Origin: Sarea resinae | Taxonomy: Eukaryota | Assembly (NCBI GenBank): GCA_026026165.1 | Contig: JAPEUD010000005.1 | Location: 558,001 to 622,000, forward strand | Direction of reading: 5' to 3' | Length of the DNA stretch: 64,000 bases | In this document: positions 1 to 12,355 of the stretch, one piece after another | Layout of the letters: every line of letters starts with the position of its first letter | Position numbering within the stretch: the first letter of the stretch is position 1 | Program-made: the position numbers and the translations under genes | Notes under the pieces: model-generated | The model's input: the letters and a program-made list of their open reading frames with translations, nothing else | What the model was told of the DNA's origin: nothing | Database searches by the model: none

Positions 1-156
1 TACCATCAAAACACCAGTCACTCGCTCAAGAAACAAGCAAAGGAAACTCGACGCTCACAGCATCAAACCGTCTTTACAACAACAGGATCATCATCGACGA
101 CCGTGCAAGCAATCAATTCGTCACATACCAAATTTTAATCCAAAAGACTCGACGAG

Positions 157-936
157 ATGCATTTCTTCAAGACTCTTCTTCTCGGTGCTACGGCCCTCGC
201 TGGTCTGGTTTCCGCCCAGCAGGCCTCGCTGCAGCTCACCTCGTTTCCCAAGTCCGTGACGGCTGGGTCTCCCTCGACTCTCACCTGGACTGGTGGTGAT
301 GCCTCTGTAGGTGCAGGCTGGCGGAACTATCGAAGCAATGTCTGCTAATGATTGAGTAGTCGCCCGTTACCATCACCCTCCGAAAGGGCAACCCGCTCGA
401 CCTCCAGACTGTCTCTGTCTTGACCGGTAAGTACTTTCTTCGACGCGTCAGGAATCGAAAAGCTTGCACCACTTGATGTTCTCCGTACTGACTGTCCCTC
501 TCCAACAGACTCTGCCATTGGCGGTTCCTATATCTGGACCCCAAGCTCTTCTCTCCCGAGCGCCAGTGACTATGCTTTCATGATCACCCAGGGCTCCGCG
601 GTCAACTATGGTGGCCCCGTCGCCTTGACCGGTAGTAGCTTGGTGTCTAGTTCGGCCAACTCCACCGCGACCTCGACTTCGTCCAACTCGACCATCACGA
701 GCGCGCCTGCATTCACTGGTACCGCCATCTCAGCATCGGCTTCAGGATCCTCCTTCACCACCAATGGCACCGTGTCCATCGCCACTCTGAAGCCCTCTGC
801 CAGCAGCCTCTATGTCAGCGCGACTGGCTCCAGCGGGTCTATCCCGACCACAGCGCCAAGCAGCGGTGCGGCCGGCATTGCCAGCCCCATCGCATTGGTC
901 CTCAGCGCGGTGGTGGCTCTCTGCTACCTGAACTAG
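157..936 (+). CDS. GPI-anchored Ser/Thr-rich cell-surface protein (Kre9/Knh1-like N-terminal domain), 3 exons
   Basis: Exons 157-306, 360-426 and 509-936 join in frame via GT..AG introns. Signal peptide MHFFKTLLLGATALAGLVSA, motifs LTWTGG / VTITLRKG / SYIWTP / DYAFMI, a Ser/Thr stalk and a hydrophobic C-terminal GPI signal. Confidence 0.88.
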
Positions 937-1789
937 AAGCGTTCACTTGGTGAGACAGGACATGTCTGTCTTCTCGTCAAGTTTCATTTCTCGCGGCACG
1001 GAAAATAGGGTCAGTCAAGATGGGGAAGGAATTCAATCAATCGTTTGCTCCCACAGTCTCCGTCGAGGGAACATGGGGCGAAGCAAAAGGTTGCATTCCT
1101 GGCGCATAAGGCACAGATCCGGTCGGCACTGTATTAATTCTTCTTTCACTTCTCGCCCGCTCGAGGCCATTCTTTTCGACGCTCTGCATAGTCTTTCTGC
1201 ATAGCCACGTTCGTGTACGTACATTTGATGCCGAATGCAAAATCATGGTGATGGCCGTTTCGTGTGGATGATGCGAGGACATGAGATTCGGTTTGGTTGG
1301 CGGACGGGAAATAAGCTCAGGAATAGAGTGATGAGTAAGGATGCGTGGATGGATGAACGATGATTGATCCAATGCCACTCACTGCCCACTTGTGCAGGTC
1401 AATGCAACCTCCAAGCCCGGCTCGGTGGAGGGGCGAGTCTTTGTAGGTATGGTACCTTGTGGCGCAAAGACTGGCTGCAGGTACGAAGACATTCCATCTT
1501 CCGGTTCCTGACTAACCCCTCTGGGACGGCGGTCTCAGGGGTCCGCAGCAAGCAATTTCCCATTCGGTCCTCGACGCAACTCTTTAGTGCTCTTGTGCAG
1601 CACATTGGATGGTACAATGGTGTACTTATACTATGTAGAGTAGTCCCCAACGGATAGATGCAGTGCCGAGCAGGTCCCATGCCCCTCCGTTCGTCGATCT
1701 GAACAGAGCCGAGATCAAGCAATCTCGCTCATCTCGCTCATCTCGCTCCCGTCGTCTCGTTCGTCTCGACCACCTCGACTCTTCTCCAG

Positions 1790-1827
1790 CTGCACTTCTG
1801 CACTTCTGCACTTCTGCACTTCTGCAC
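1790..1827. repeat. Tandem 8-mer (CTGCACTT) x about 4.7
   Basis: Direct reading of the sequence. Confidence 0.9.
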
Positions 1828-2452
1828 GCTGCTTTCATAAGGTGCTTGGCGTGGTCAGTACCGTGTATACTCAGAGCACACAGCAGAGTAGGTAAGGTGC
1901 TTTTGCCACCGCAAGTCCCGGATGGACAGAGAGACGGCGCCGACGCCAATGGAAAGCGTCACGAGCAGTGAAGGATCGTAGTCCGTAGTTCTCGCTCCTT
2001 TGATCCCCCATTCAGCTAGATGGCGGCCAGTGGCCAACCACAAGACCCCGTTCGCGGGCTCGACCTCGCTCGACCTCACCGTCTGGCCCTCTCGCGCCTT
2101 TGGCCCTTCTCATCCCAATCCCAATCCGTCCTTGGCTTGCCCCCTCACCTGTTCCCCTTGCCTTTCCGATCCGTCCCTTCTTCTTCTTTTCCTTCTCTTC
2201 TCTTCTTTTCTCTCCGTCAGTCGTTCGCTCGCTCGCTCGCTCGCTCATACGTTCGCTGTTCGCTCTGCCAGACAGAAAAGAAAGACGTTCCATTCTCAAG
2301 TCCGTCATTACTGCATCACTCGCATTCCAGCATAATATAATCATTTCACCTAATTTCATATCACTCATCTAATTGACCATCTTCGTCTTCCGAACGAACG
2401 AACGAATCTAATTCCTCCAAAAACCCCAACAATCAAAGCCAGATCAGTCACC

Positions 2453-3391
2453 ATGCGCTTCTCTGTCGCGTCTCTTCTCCTCGCCGGCTTCGCCGCGCTG
2501 GCGGCCGCCCAGGCCAACACGGCGAACCCGTTCAATGTCCCTTCGTCGGGCTTGAACTTCACCGCCGGCCAGGCCTCGACGGTTACCTGGAAGCCCACCA
2601 CTTCTGGCACCGTGACCTTGATCCTCCGCGCGGGTGCCATGAGCAACCTGAACAAGGGAACCACCATTGCTTGTACGTCAAATTCCTTCTGTTTGCATAG
2701 CCTTTCTCTCCATGAGCAAACGTTCTGTTCATGGTCCGAATGGCGGTATCATCCCATGACCTTTCTTCCCTCGATCCAGTTCCACCGATCTGTCAATCTC
2801 GTGCAACGATTTTTCACCATCAGAGGAAAAAGTCTAACAAAGCTTACAGCATCGATCCCCAACTCGGGCTCCTACAGCTGGACGCCCCCGGCCGACACCG
2901 TCCGCAACTCCGACTACGCCCTCGAGATCGTCTCGGACTCGGACAGCTCGGCAGTCAACTACACGCCGCAATTCGTGATCGAGAGCTCCAACACGGTGGC
3001 CTCGGCCTCGGCATCCGCCTCTGCCTCCGCCTCCGCCACCTCGAGCGCCGCCTCGTCGTCCTCGTCCGCCGCCTCTAGCTCCGCTGCCTCGAGCTCCGCC
3101 GCTTCGTCGTCGGTGTCCTCATCCTCGGCCTCCGTGACCTCGAGTGCCGCCTCATCCTCGACGTCCGCCGCTTCGTCCTCTGCCTCGTCCAGCGCGGCGT
3201 CATCCAGCGCCAGCTCGAGCGCGGCTTCGTCGTCGGCGGCTTCCAGCACCCTGAGCACGGCCACCAAGTCCGCTAGCTCGGCCACTGGGACCGCGTCCGC
3301 CACGACGGCGCCCAGCAGCTCGGCCGCCGGTCTCCAAGTGTCTGCGTTCGGTGCCGTCGTCGCCATCGTCGCCGCCGCTTTTGCTCTATAG
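2453..3391 (+). CDS. Second GPI-anchored Ser/Ala-rich cell-surface protein (Kre9/Knh1-like N-terminal domain), 2 exons
   Basis: Signal peptide, ANPFNVP..FTAGQ..VTWKPTTSGTVTLILRAG, intron 2673-2849 (GTACGT..CTAAC..CAG), then SIPNSGSYSWTP..DYALEI..NYTPQF, a long Ser/Ala tract and a GPI signal. Confidence 0.92.
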   Translation: MRFSVASLLLAGFAALAAAQANTANPFNVPSSGLNFTAGQASTVTWKPTTSGTVTLILRAGAMSNLNKGTTIACTSNSFCLHSLSLHEQTFCSWSEWRYHPMTFLPSIQFHRSVNLVQRFFTIRGKSLTKLTASIPNSGSYSWTPPADTVRNSDYALEIVSDSDSSAVNYTPQFVIESSNTVASASASASASASATSSAASSSSSAASSSAASSSAASSSVSSSSASVTSSAASSSTSAASSSASSSAASSSASSSAASSSAASSTLSTATKSASSATGTASATTAPSSSAAGLQVSAFGAVVAIVAAAFAL

Positions 3392-4149
3392 AGTGGCGAG
3401 CGCGTATCACTTAACGGGTACAGAGAGAGGGATATTTGACCCCGGGGGACGATCACACTTGCATATTCTTACCTTGACCTTCTATTCGCATTCGCATTCG
3501 CAGTCCGCGTTTCCACTTTCCACTAACCCATTTTCTTCATCAATCTTCTCATCCATTCACCCAACAAAGCACAATACGTTCCATGTACGAGTCCAGTGTG
3601 TTTTTATATAAACAAGCCATGTCAAGCCAAGTCCGAAAGAAAAGAAAGAAAGGTAGAAAGAGGCCCGAAAATATCAGAGTCCAAAGGGAAGGAGAGCAAC
3701 GTCTTGCACCACTTTCACTGTAAACCCCGCGTGTGTCTACTTTGTATGTGTGTGCGTGTGTGTAAATACGTGCGTGGTCCATCCTGCATCCTCCGTCCGT
3801 ACGCAGTACGCAGTAGATCCTAGCTCTCAATTCTTCCTCGGTTGTATGTAGCTAGCTAGCTAGCATTATCATATCCCATTGCATCGAACGAATCCGAATT
3901 TAAAGAGGTCATGTATAGTAGCTAGCTATTATCAGTCTTGAGATTTTCGTCCTCTGGCCCCGTAGCAGCTCTCTCCGTCTTTCTCTTTTCCTTTTCCCTT
4001 TTTCCCTTTTTCTTTTTTTCCTTTTCCGGCCCATCACTGAAAGAATGAAAGAATGAATGAATGGCCTTCTCGAACGAACCCGCAGTCAGATCAGATTAGT
4101 CTTATCGACCTATCTATCAATCTATCCATCCATCTAGCTACAGTACCTA

Positions 4150-4186
4150 AGGCAGGCAGGCAGGTAGGTAGGTAGGTAGGTAGGTA
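4150..4186. repeat. Compound microsatellite (AGGC)n(AGGT)n
   Basis: Direct reading of the sequence. Confidence 0.85.
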
Positions 4187-5032
4187 TCGATCGATTCAAG
4201 ATCCATTGCATATGCGTACGTGCGTGCGTGCTTTGCTTGTGAGGGGACTGTGATGTTTGATCTTTGGGTGTTTGATCCCCGTGATTGAATACTATGACGT
4301 TCCTGTCCTCTCTGCTCGAGCGAATCTCGATCTGAATCTAGAAAAACGGCCGCAGTGACAAACAGAGAGACAGACAGACAGACGACTTCGGCATTGGTCG
4401 TCATCGAGATCTCGATCTGACTCTTTCCCCCCCACCAGCCCGCTTTTCCCGAACGCGGGGCGTGGGATGCGAGGGAGGATCTGATCGAGGTCGGAGCCGC
4501 GGTGCGGGGTGCAGCGTGTCCATTTCACCACGGGCCGATTTCTCCAAGCAGTCAGGTGCTGACAGCGCTTGGCGCCGGCGCTGGCGCCGTCGAGAGAGAG
4601 CTCTTGTGGGCTACAGAGGCGGCAAGGGAGTCACGTCACGGGTGTTCTTGATCTGGTGGGGCTAGCGCCGCGAGGCGGGGAGTCGAGGGAACGGGTCTGA
4701 GCGGACCTGAGCTTTGGGGGGCGTTGTAGTGCATGCGTGCGTGTAGGCTTTGCTCCGAGTCCCCAAAGGGGCGTCATAGGGATAGAGCGGATGATACACG
4801 GTGGCCATCTGCATCCTGTAGTGCTCCGTCCGGAAGTAGCTCTTAGAGAGCCGCGAGCGAAAGGAACGCATTTCCCGATGCCTCGCGCCGCGCGTCGCTC
4901 ATCTGTCGTAACACTGGACTTCCCCGTTACCCTTACACCATACTCTTGGCCGCGCCAAACACCTCTCGAAGCTGCAAGGTGGTGCGGGTCAAAAGGCTGT
5001 GATCTTCAAGGTAGGGGGTCTTCCTCCTCCAC

Positions 5033-6325
5033 TCAGCACTTCTGGTCCGCGTGCCGCATGTTCTTTTTCAGTAAGAGATGAGCGTGTTGGACTCGCTCGA
5101 GAGCTTCGCTGTTGGAGTCCTCGAGGAGAGGGCTGCTGATCCATTTCTTGAGCGCGGTTGCGAAAGTGGCACACCAGGGCTGGAGAAGCTTGGTCCTCTG
5201 CGAACGAGACGAGGGGTCGAGGAGCACCCATTCACTTTCCCTTTCGGCTCCTTCGACGAGAGGTGCCGCGTCGTCCTCAACGGCAATAGTGGCAGCGGCG
5301 TCATCCTCCAGGAACTCGTCCGAGATGAACGTCGCGATGCGTCCTCTCACAGCATCCTTCTCGCGATCCTGGCCCGCTCTGTCCGCATCAAAAACGCGCC
5401 GCAAGGAGTCCAGCCCGCCCGCGTGCAAGAAGCGATGGAGTTGCGTCTTGTCGCGTGCGATGCTAAACAGTAGATACAGTAGACGCGACTGGCACCTTGG
5501 GACCGGCTCTGTTTCTACGGCCCGGCAGAGGTAAGACAGGGGCTCGTCGGCGCCCGAAAATTGCGAGACGAATGCTTCGATGGCGGAGGGATTATTTTGT
5601 AGGGCGGAGCCTAGGACGAGAGCGGCATTGGCGCGGACCGAGGCGTCGAGGGTCTTGGTGGGAGAGAGGAGTTCGAGGAGTTTCCGGGTCGTGGTCTCGG
5701 AGGAAGCGATACGGAGGCCCCAGTAGAGGGAGTGCGCCAGGTCCTCGAGGTCATCAAAGGCGTTGAGAAGGATAAATGGGAGTGCCTTAGAAGGGTCGGC
5801 ATCGTGAAGTAAGTCGACGGCCCCGGAGAAGATGTCGGTCTCCAAGGATTCCGAGGGTGGCTGAGGGATGCGGCCCGAGTTTGAGTAGGCGGGTGCGGTT
5901 TTGCCGGATTTCTCGAGGAGCGACGATGGTTGCGAAAGAGATTGCATTGAAGAGGGGGATTCATCTTCGGCCGCATCGTCTGTGGATGGACCGACCAGTA
6001 CGGGGAACTGTGATTCTTCTTCGTCGGTCGTGGGGCCAGGAACGTTGAGCCTTGCTTCGCGTTGACCTGTTTCGAGGTTCAAGCGGACGTGGAGCCCGGG
6101 AGGGATTTCCTGGTCGGGGTGGACGTGTTGGAATGCTGTGGTCGGGTGAAAGAGACGGGGATAGCACGTTTGTTCTGTCGAGGTCTCGTGGCATATGAGG
6201 TCTTCGACGGCTTCGTGGGAGCCGGGCTTGGGAGGGAGAGACGCGGAGGATATGGCGAGGAAGAGGAAGAGCAGGAGGGAGAATGTTGCCAGGACGGTAG
6301 AAACGGAGAGCGATGGGGAACGCAT
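5033..6325 (-). CDS. SIL1: ER Hsp70 (BiP/Kar2) nucleotide exchange factor SIL1
   Basis: Signal peptide after the ATG at 6325. Conserved CYPRLFHPTTAFQHVHPDQEIPPGLHVRLNLETGQREARLN segment and armadillo-like region with AALVLGSALQNNP. Single exon. Confidence 0.88.
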   Translation of the reverse strand: MRSPSLSVSTVLATFSLLLFLFLAISSASLPPKPGSHEAVEDLICHETSTEQTCYPRLFHPTTAFQHVHPDQEIPPGLHVRLNLETGQREARLNVPGPTTDEEESQFPVLVGPSTDDAAEDESPSSMQSLSQPSSLLEKSGKTAPAYSNSGRIPQPPSESLETDIFSGAVDLLHDADPSKALPFILLNAFDDLEDLAHSLYWGLRIASSETTTRKLLELLSPTKTLDASVRANAALVLGSALQNNPSAIEAFVSQFSGADEPLSYLCRAVETEPVPRCQSRLLYLLFSIARDKTQLHRFLHAGGLDSLRRVFDADRAGQDREKDAVRGRIATFISDEFLEDDAAATIAVEDDAAPLVEGAERESEWVLLDPSSRSQRTKLLQPWCATFATALKKWISSPLLEDSNSEALERVQHAHLLLKKNMRHADQKC

Positions 6326-6749
6326 GATGGTGGATAGGGTTGATTGAAGTAAATGAGGATCGAACACCGCTAGAGAAAGGAGAACAGAATATCGTCACAT
6401 CACTGAGAGATGAGGCGTCTTAAATGCCCCTATGCCAGCATTCCCGCCTGAGTCAAGATGGAAGAGGCCACAACACACAATGCGTATGGACCGTCAATCA
6501 CAATCGCCAGGTGTTGTCTTTGCTCGCCGTCATACCTTGGAGTACCTACCGTACCTGATGGTACAGTCCTGCTGACTAATCACCCATCCCCAAACCACCT
6601 CCACTCCATCCCATCAGGGCCATCGATCACGACCGTCCAGGCAGTCGAGCCGCATTCGCATCACACTCAGCCGCCCATCAGCCCCTCTCCACTCCCAATT
6701 GATTGCGGCTCGCCCCCTTCGCCATCGTTCCAGCCCACACCAACCCACA

Positions 6750-7506
6750 ATGATGCTCGCACGACGAGCGGCCTCCAAGGCCCCGCAACAGGCCATCCGG
6801 CAATGCTGCGCTCGCCGGTTCGCCAGCTCGGAACACGGACACGGCGGCCACGGGCACGCCGAGCCCGTGAACGAGTCGTTGGGTGTATGTCTCCTGCAAT
6901 CCCCCCCGTCTCACGGTCCCCAAATCTGACACCCTTCTCTAGGCCGGATTCTTCATCGCGCTCTCGGCGCTGCCCTTCTCCTACCTGGTCTACAAGATCT
7001 CCCGTCCCTCAAGCGAGGGCGAAAAGCCCCTGCTGACCCGGGTCATCGAATCGTACTCGGAATACAAGGAGAAATGGATCGCACGGAACACGCTGCACAC
7101 GTCGATGATCGAGCAGGCCGCATTCGACCGGAATCTGTTCCAGAGCGGCAACCGGGATGGGAAGGTCGAGTTGAAGTTTCCCGAGTGCGTTCATGTCCTC
7201 CTTTCGCCCTCCCCGTCTTGCCCGTCCCCGTGCTTCCTCTTCTCTCTCTGTCTCTATATGAGGGGCTGGGGTAGTCTACTGCGTATACCACATGGAGACA
7301 CCAGCTAACCCCGCTAAAAACCAAACAGAATCTTCAACACCGGCTCCCCTTACAACGTCCCCGCAGGCCACGGCGGTGCAAATATTGACAAGGCAATTGC
7401 GCACTATGAGGCCGCGAATGCCGCAGAGGAGGAGCGGAAGCACAAGAGCCTGGCGGAGGGCACGACGGAGCAGCGACAATACACGCCTCCAATTACGCGG
7501 CTGTAG
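6750..7506 (+). CDS. NADH-ubiquinone oxidoreductase 17.8 kDa accessory subunit (mitochondrial complex I), 3 exons
   Basis: Arg-rich presequence, HGHAEPVNESLG, a TM segment, RNTLHTSMIEQAAFDRNLF and FPEIFNTGSPYNVPAGH. Introns at about 6885-6942 and 7184-7328; stop TAG at 7504-7506. Confidence 0.85.
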
Positions 7507-7933
7507 TCGCAGTCGGAAATGGCGTGTGAGCGGATGGGTAGATAGATGAAGAAAACGGATGCGAGAAAGCGGGGAAGCGGGAGAAGAAAGTGGTGGGAGA
7601 GAAGATTGGGGCATGTGTAGATCTCAACCCTCATTACGGCTCAGCTCAGGTATAGAAGCAATTCGAGTCTGTTGAATGTATTGATGCTGTTTTGATTGCC
7701 CTCGTAATGGATGAACGCTCGCTATATATGATCGGCCAGCTAGCGTATCTCTCTTATTCTCTTTGCTTCTACTCAAATACACCCGAAGAACGCCCTGTAC
7801 CAGCTCCCTTCCAAAAGCCGTAGTTAAGCCGCCGCTATGAGAGACAGTAGACTGCCACCTAACCGTAGTACAGACAGACAAGAAAAACAATAGCGGTGAA
7901 ATCGTGACGATGCCGACGAGAAACAACACTTCC

Positions 7934-10778
7934 CTACTGGGCGGTCGAAGCGACCTCGGCAGACGCTCCCGCAGCCTCAGGAGCAAGGACCGGCTCAGGC
8001 GCCGTGGTACCGTTGGCAGCTTCGGGCGTTGCAGTGGCCGCGGGGGTACTGTTCTGCTGTAAAACACCAGGCCGCCATTTCGACAGGAGCTTCCTAGCCG
8101 GGACGCGCGCGTCGTCATCTGTTTGTTGTGAGTGTGTGTCAGCGTGCGCCATCATCGATAGACACGGACCAGTTGAGAAGAGAGAAGTGGTAATGACGTA
8201 CAATTCTTCCACAGGTCCTCCACAGCATCAATACACAGATCGCGGACGGGCGGACGCAGGAGAATGAGGTAGCTGCGTCGAGTGATTAGCTTCGACGGAA
8301 GACTCAAGTAAGAGAGGGGCGAGCTAGGAAGACATACTGCAGCGAATTAACCGCTAATCCCACCCTCTCTGGATCCCTCGCCAGTCTCTTCACCCGTTCT
8401 ACCATCTCAGCATTCAACCCGGGTATCTCGGACAGAAATCTAATGAGCACTTTATCCTTGGCGTCGAGAAACGGTAACATGCCATCAAGGACCTTAAGCG
8501 CCCACTTCTCGTAATGCCGCGGCACCTCCAGCTCTTCGCCCTCATCTGTGGATTCGGATTGTTTGAGGAGAATCTGGTCGTTGTACCACTCCTCGTTGAG
8601 CCAAGAGATGGCTACGCCGATGCGGCGGCGGAAGTCGTCGACTATGTAAAGGCAGAGTGAGGCACGGATCGAATCGCTTATGAGGCCTTGCTTGCGGGAG
8701 GTTTCTGCATTGATAGTGCTATCGTCCAGGCTGCCTTCATCTTCCTTTTTGATAGGGTCAGCTGGTGCTGCTTCAAGGCCGGCGGCAGCACGCGTAGCCA
8801 GGCGAGTGATGACGGTGATCCATGAATCGCGGTCATAATTACTCGCCGCAAGACGATTGATGCCCGCTTTAACCTTCTTGGTAGAGCTCGTCTCGTCAAG
8901 AACATTCATCATTTCGAAGAGCCGATTAACCGTTTCTTTACTGGCGTATTCGAGTTCTTCTTTTGTCATGGGTTCGGGTGGAGGAAGCACGAATGGGCCG
9001 AGCTTCACTTCTGGTTCTGCCTCTGGTTGAGGGACTTCTTCGCCTTCGAGGGGCGCGTTGTCAATCTTGTTAAGGATTTGCTCCGAGTCCTCCATTGGTT
9101 GGAAGTCTGGCTCGTAGTCGTCGTCTTCATCGTCGATTCCGGTTATGGCTGTAGCCGCGCCAAAGGGTGTTAGCTCTTGGGGTTTGCTGAGGGAAAGATA
9201 GCGTGACCGGATCCCCTAAGGTAGATTAGCAAATTCAATTGGGCTTCAGTAAGAACACCTACGTTGATGGCGTTATCAAGAGCTCGCTGGTCGATGCGAT
9301 ATAGGACAGGCAAGGTAATCTTTACGACAAGGTCGATGGGTAGCTGTTGAACGTCGAATGAAGTGAGTTCTCTATCGTCGGTCAAGGTGAACAGCTGTGC
9401 GAAACTAATAGGGCCGGGTGGTAAAGGAGGTATATTGGGAAGATTGGCAGAATGATCGGTGATTTGTGCTCCCAGACGCTGTCTCTTCGCCTGATCCAAG
9501 CCATCTGTGGGTTCAGCGGGTGCTCCCCGTTTACGACTGGGCTCATCCAATATCTCAAGTCTTGTTCGTGCCAGCCGTTCGACATGTTGTTGTATACGTC
9601 CAGCCAGAGGGCCTGTTGGATTCCTGTAATCTAGTCAGACTACGCATCCACGAGGCCGGAAATACCAGAAGTACCCCATACCGCTTATTTATGTTAACCA
9701 AAAGAGCTCTCGTGGTTCGCTCCACCGACTTTATGAGGACTCTCTGCTTCGGTGTGATTGGTAGGGTTGCTTGGTTAAAGGGATTGAAATTCAGAATGGC
9801 CATTATGATCTTATTAGCTATCGAAGGGCGGGACCGGGTCAATACACCCAAGCAGTTCAGAGTCGCATTTACCAAAGCCGCATCACTACAGAAAAATTAG
9901 GCCCTTCTCTTCATATACAGCCCACAGACTTACCTTAGACCCTCTTGAAAGACATTGAGCATTCGATCCAGCAGGCCGAACGCTTCGGCCTCGAGATTAG
10001 GCGGCGGAATGAGAGGATGGTTGCGGGGTACCAAAGCAAGAGATATTTCATTCTGGTCAGCGCGCTGTGGAGCCGGTCAGTTTCTGGCAAACGTGGATCT
10101 CTGTTGAAGGACATGGCATACCCTCGGGTCTGCGATCAAACCTGGCGTCTGAACTTGAACTACTTGTTGGACAAATTTGATGCAACAGACGCGGACACCG
10201 ACGGCGGCCGTATCCCATCTGTGAAGTATGTTCGATTTGATCGCGGCCATCCTCTCCCATGTCGAAGTGTCGCCCGGATTTCCAATACTAAAGAGATGGC
10301 CGCATATAAGATACCATTTTGATCGAAGAATATGCAACACGCCCCGCCGTAGAAGCAATTGGCCAGCCAGCTATTCTATACGCACAACTCACCCCTGTGC
10401 TGGGCAATCTACGAAGACGATAAGGGCTTTGGGATAAACCTACATGTGCCTGAAGATCAATGGGTATATGCTGGCTGCAGCCTGGACGACACCCTTGACA
10501 GTCGCCGTGTCCTGATTCGATTCTTCCAAGACCTCTCTCAATGTCTGCAAGACCCCAATACTCATCTGCTGTTTCTGCTCCGGACCCAAGGTAGGACTGG
10601 CGAAAGTCTCCGCAAGGAATTCGGCGCCCCATCGCTTGAGTTCGACACGCGCATGTGCTCCAATGATCGGAAGGATTCCTTGAACGATCTGAGGGTAGAA
10701 TGCGGCATCTCCGAGCACGAGCTTACGTGCAGCATCCAGTTGGGCGAGCTGGTCCGTTACAGACAAAGGCTGGGCCAT
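7934..10778 (-). CDS. PTA1: mRNA cleavage/polyadenylation factor subunit Pta1 (symplekin-like), multi-exon
   Basis: Successive minus-strand ORF segments: QLDAARKLVLGDAAFYPQIVQGILPI, VRVCCIKFVQQVV, KSVERTTRALL, WITVITRLATR, DFRRRIGVAISWLNEEWYND, KVLIRFLSEIP. They are separated by canonical introns. Confidence 0.9.
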
Positions 10779-11337
10779 GGCGCCTTTCTCCTCCGCCGCG
10801 GATTCTTCGTGGTTGTCGTTGCACAGCCCAAATGTTGAGCTTACCGATGAAAAGGCTGGTAAAATGTCTACGACGAACGGTTCATGACTGGTAGAACAGA
10901 CATATGCCTAATGTGAGTGTCTATGATTCTGGGGGAATGGCGTCGAAGAAGGAGGTTCTCAAGAGCGCTTGCAATGGAAGAGAGATGGTGTCGGGAAGCA
11001 TGAACGAGGCTGAGAGCTGTGGATGGAGTGGAGTTGAATGGTGAGCTCTTCTCTTCTTTGACGCGGTGATACCTCAAGCTGTACGGAGAGCTATGGAGGT
11101 AACAAGCGTAATGGACCGCGAAATTCATACAGATGGAACCAAAGTGACATGGTGACATGGCTCGTTGGGGACAAGCGCCAAGACTTCATCGGGGAATTGG
11201 ATCTTCAACTTCCAACATCTAATATCTGCTCCTGTACTGCCACCATCACGACTGCTGCTACAACACCAAGTGGCAACACATCCTCCTGCGACTCGACTCC
11301 TCACGTACATACTCACTGCAACTCACTCAAATCCACA

Positions 11338-11777
11338 ATGGCAATGTAAGGGCTATTCCAAGACCCTTGCTCCATGCCGAGTCCCCTCTGCTAACATCGT
11401 ACCATCTCTTCAGCCTCCCGCGCTCGACATACTACGACAAGCACTATCGGCAAGCCCCCGCCCTGATCCGAGCCCGTCGGCCTTTTCTGGTCAAGAACAT
11501 CCTGACCGGCATGAGCATTTTCGGATTCGCAGTTGGAGTTTGTACGTATAGTCCCGTGGCGCGGAATTGCCACCGCTTTCCGGCCAAAGGCCAGCTTCAT
11601 CTACCGGTGGATATCGTTCGTGTGCTGATTCTTGCGATGGTGCATCTAGATGCCTTTACAATCAGAGCTGTAGCCCAGGACGACTTCGAAGACGTTCCCC
11701 TCCCCGATGCTCCCGTACAAATGGCCGGGCCGCCGAACGCAAGCACAGTTCGCTCTGCTGGGCCCGCGACCAAGTAA
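11338..11777 (+). CDS. COA3: Cytochrome c oxidase assembly factor 3-like small membrane protein, 3 exons
   Basis: Exons 11338-11345, 11414-11541 and 11650-11777 give MAILPRSTYYDKHYRQAPALIRARRPFLVKNILTG..VYAFTIRAVAQDDFEDVPLP, the Coa3/Cox25 pattern. Confidence 0.8.
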
Positions 11778-12355
11778 GAAAGAGAGGCGACGGAATGACC
11801 TGCAAGTGAGGGAGCCTGAGCTATCTGAGGCCGTCAATCCCGGATGCGATGTAGTATATACTCTCAGTACAGGCAGCATTGGGTGAGGTGTTTCTGGCGT
11901 CATTTCGAAATGGGATCAGTATCTAAAGTGGTTTGGGCGAGTGTACGTGAGCTATGGCTCAACTGCTATCATCCGTCCGCCTGGCTTGCAGTACGAGTCT
12001 TGGCCATCCAATGGATCTCCATTGCCTACAGTATGCCACTCTTGGAAATGTCATTCTTCGAAGTGACCTTTTCATATCATTTATTATGCTAAAGGATTAA
12101 AAAATGCTTGATGACGACGCAATGTAAGATTGCTTCCCTCGTTCTATGGTGATGAAGAGAACCGCCAATCCATGCGCGCTAGACAATTACTCCGATGCCG
12201 AACGCCTGAACCAGCAGGCATGCCTGATATATGTACGTGTATCGCTCCCTTAATCCCTCCTATAGGATCATGTACAAGATAGGATTCAAGAATCGCTATC
12301 ACAAGAAACCCAAACTCCAACGTAACACTCGTAATAAATCGGCCTAAAGCCGAAG

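Noticed and set aside
2959..3456. 165-aa Ala/Glu/Asp-rich minus-strand ORF
   Set aside because: Antisense shadow of the TCC/TCG/GCC codons of the Ser/Ala stalk.
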